The notes beneath the pieces are model-generated. The model was not told the DNA's origin and made no database searches. It saw nothing but the letters and a program-made list of their open reading frames with translations. From assembly GCF_018350175.1 (NCBI RefSeq), contig NC_058369.1, positions 56,172,001 to 56,236,000 of the forward strand: a stretch of 64,000 nucleotides of DNA, written 5' to 3'. Source of the DNA: Felis catus (Eukaryota). How positions within the stretch are numbered: the first letter of the stretch is position 1; the number at the start of each line of letters is the position of its first letter. This document shows positions 62,501 to 64,000 of the stretch, piece by piece. A program made the translations under genes and the position numbers.

Positions 62501-64000
62501 CGTGGATATCAGTGGCAGGCTCTGATCCGGGGGTGTGGTGGGCGTGTGTGGGCAGCTGTGTTCCCGGACACAGCAGCGGGAGAGACATCTTTGTCTCCAC
62601 TCTGCTCAATGGACATGTGTGGATGCCTTAAATTCCTGACTTTGTCTTCTTCTAAGAAAACCCGCCACGGCTCTTTCTAGTGAATCAAGGCTTCCTGTGT
62701 ACACAGCCCAGTAGTCATTTAAAACGTGTATCAGTTGAACAAAATGAAAGAGAGACGAATCGCCGAAGCATCACGTCCCTGGGTATGATGTCTCTCCGCG
62801 TGATCTTGTTGTTAAAAGAATCCACAGGGACCAGGATGAAACCAGATGCTCCATGATTAGGGGCTGTGGTCACTCATCAGGCCCCTGCTCGGGGAAGTGA
62901 GGTGTTTCCTGGGGTTTGAAGGCCCTGATGGGACATGACAGAAAAGCTTCTCAACCTCCCAGAAGGTTGGAGGGTGGGCAGTGATGCTGGAAAAGTCACC
63001 CCCCTCTGTGGCCCTTGAGTTTCTCGCTGTTGGAATAGGGAGGGAGGTACCATTCCCCGACTGCCAACCTCACTGGCTGTGCGGCTGAGGCAGTAGGTGG
63101 ACAGTTCTCGGAGAAGCCCATTGATTCCAAGGAATTGTGGCTGTTTGATGGTATTATTTTCATGCGGGTGTGAGGTGGCCCCTGCTGGGCTCCCCATACT
63201 GGAGGGGACAGACACCCACAGAAACTGGACCAGACCCAGCACACAAGCTCTCCTCGGGAAAGCTGACCTCTGTGTGGTGGTTGTCTAGAGGAAGGGACGT
63301 CCGCGCTCACTGGGGGGGTGGGGGTGGGAGGTAGATGGAATAGCACAACCAAGGAGGAGTCTTGTGAGCTGGGACCATAAGGGGAGGAAGAGGGGACAGG
63401 AGGGGGCAGGGGGGCAGGTAGCGAGGGGAGCAGAGGAGCAAAGGCCTGCAGGCCCAGGCAGGCCTAGGTGGTGGTGAAAGGAATGCCATCGTCCTGCCTC
63501 GGAGAGCTGGTTGAGTCTGGCACAACGGGGCCGCTTCCACGGCTCTCTGGGCTAGAGGGTGAAGCTGAGCTCCTGCCTGGCCCTCCGCCCATCTTGCCGT
63601 TTTCAGGTCCAGCAGAGCTCACCCGCAGAGCGTAGACATGAGCCTGCCCACCCGACGGATGGGAGCACGGGCTCTGGTCAGATGATGGGGGGGGGCCAGG
63701 GGCCCCCCCGCGGCGGACCGGAGGCCACAGGCGTGGGCAGTGTAGACGCTGAGGCTGCACGCTGCCAGGGTCCGGCTAGGGACAGTTCCAAAGCCAGTCG
63801 GCTCCTCCCTAGGGCCCCTGCCTCTCAGACTAGCTAGTGCCTGCTGGTGAGGCTTCAGAACCTTCCAGGCCACAGCTGGAGGGATCTGGGTCTCTCCAGA
63901 TCAGCACGTAGGTATCACTTAGTGTGCCCTCTCAGACTGGCATTCCCGGCGGCCTGCAGGGCCCAGCTGCGGAGCACAACGCTGCGTGTCTGTGCTCCAT

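Overview
Repeat-rich mammalian genomic DNA with three N-gaps. The many tRNA-derived CanSINEs with feliform-type bodies and the carnivore-type L1 point to a felid. I see no convincing spliced host-gene exons. Most identifiable sequence is mobile DNA: an old, internally deleted L1 (+, ~2.06-7.64 kb), a near full-length decayed L1 (-, ~46.8-53.8 kb), an old L1 fragment, two related non-autonomous ERV1-type proviruses (-, ~21.1-26.4 kb and 31.5-38.0 kb), solo LTRs, MIR/L2 relics and about 15 SINEs. The standout locus is 29.5-40.5 kb, a rearranged tandem cluster of intronless MARK/sperm-motility-kinase (Smok)-like sequences. One copy keeps an open 318-aa ORF (30169-31125) that reads as a pseudokinase. 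It lies behind a CCAAT/CRE-like/TATA promoter and an ATG-free, TAG-rich leader. Downstream fragments carry the kinase end, UBA domain and tails that this ORF lacks. An ERV sits in one repeat unit, the sister unit preserves the empty site, and the divergence pattern suggests recent gene conversion. Repeat family names come from recognition by eye, not from database searches.
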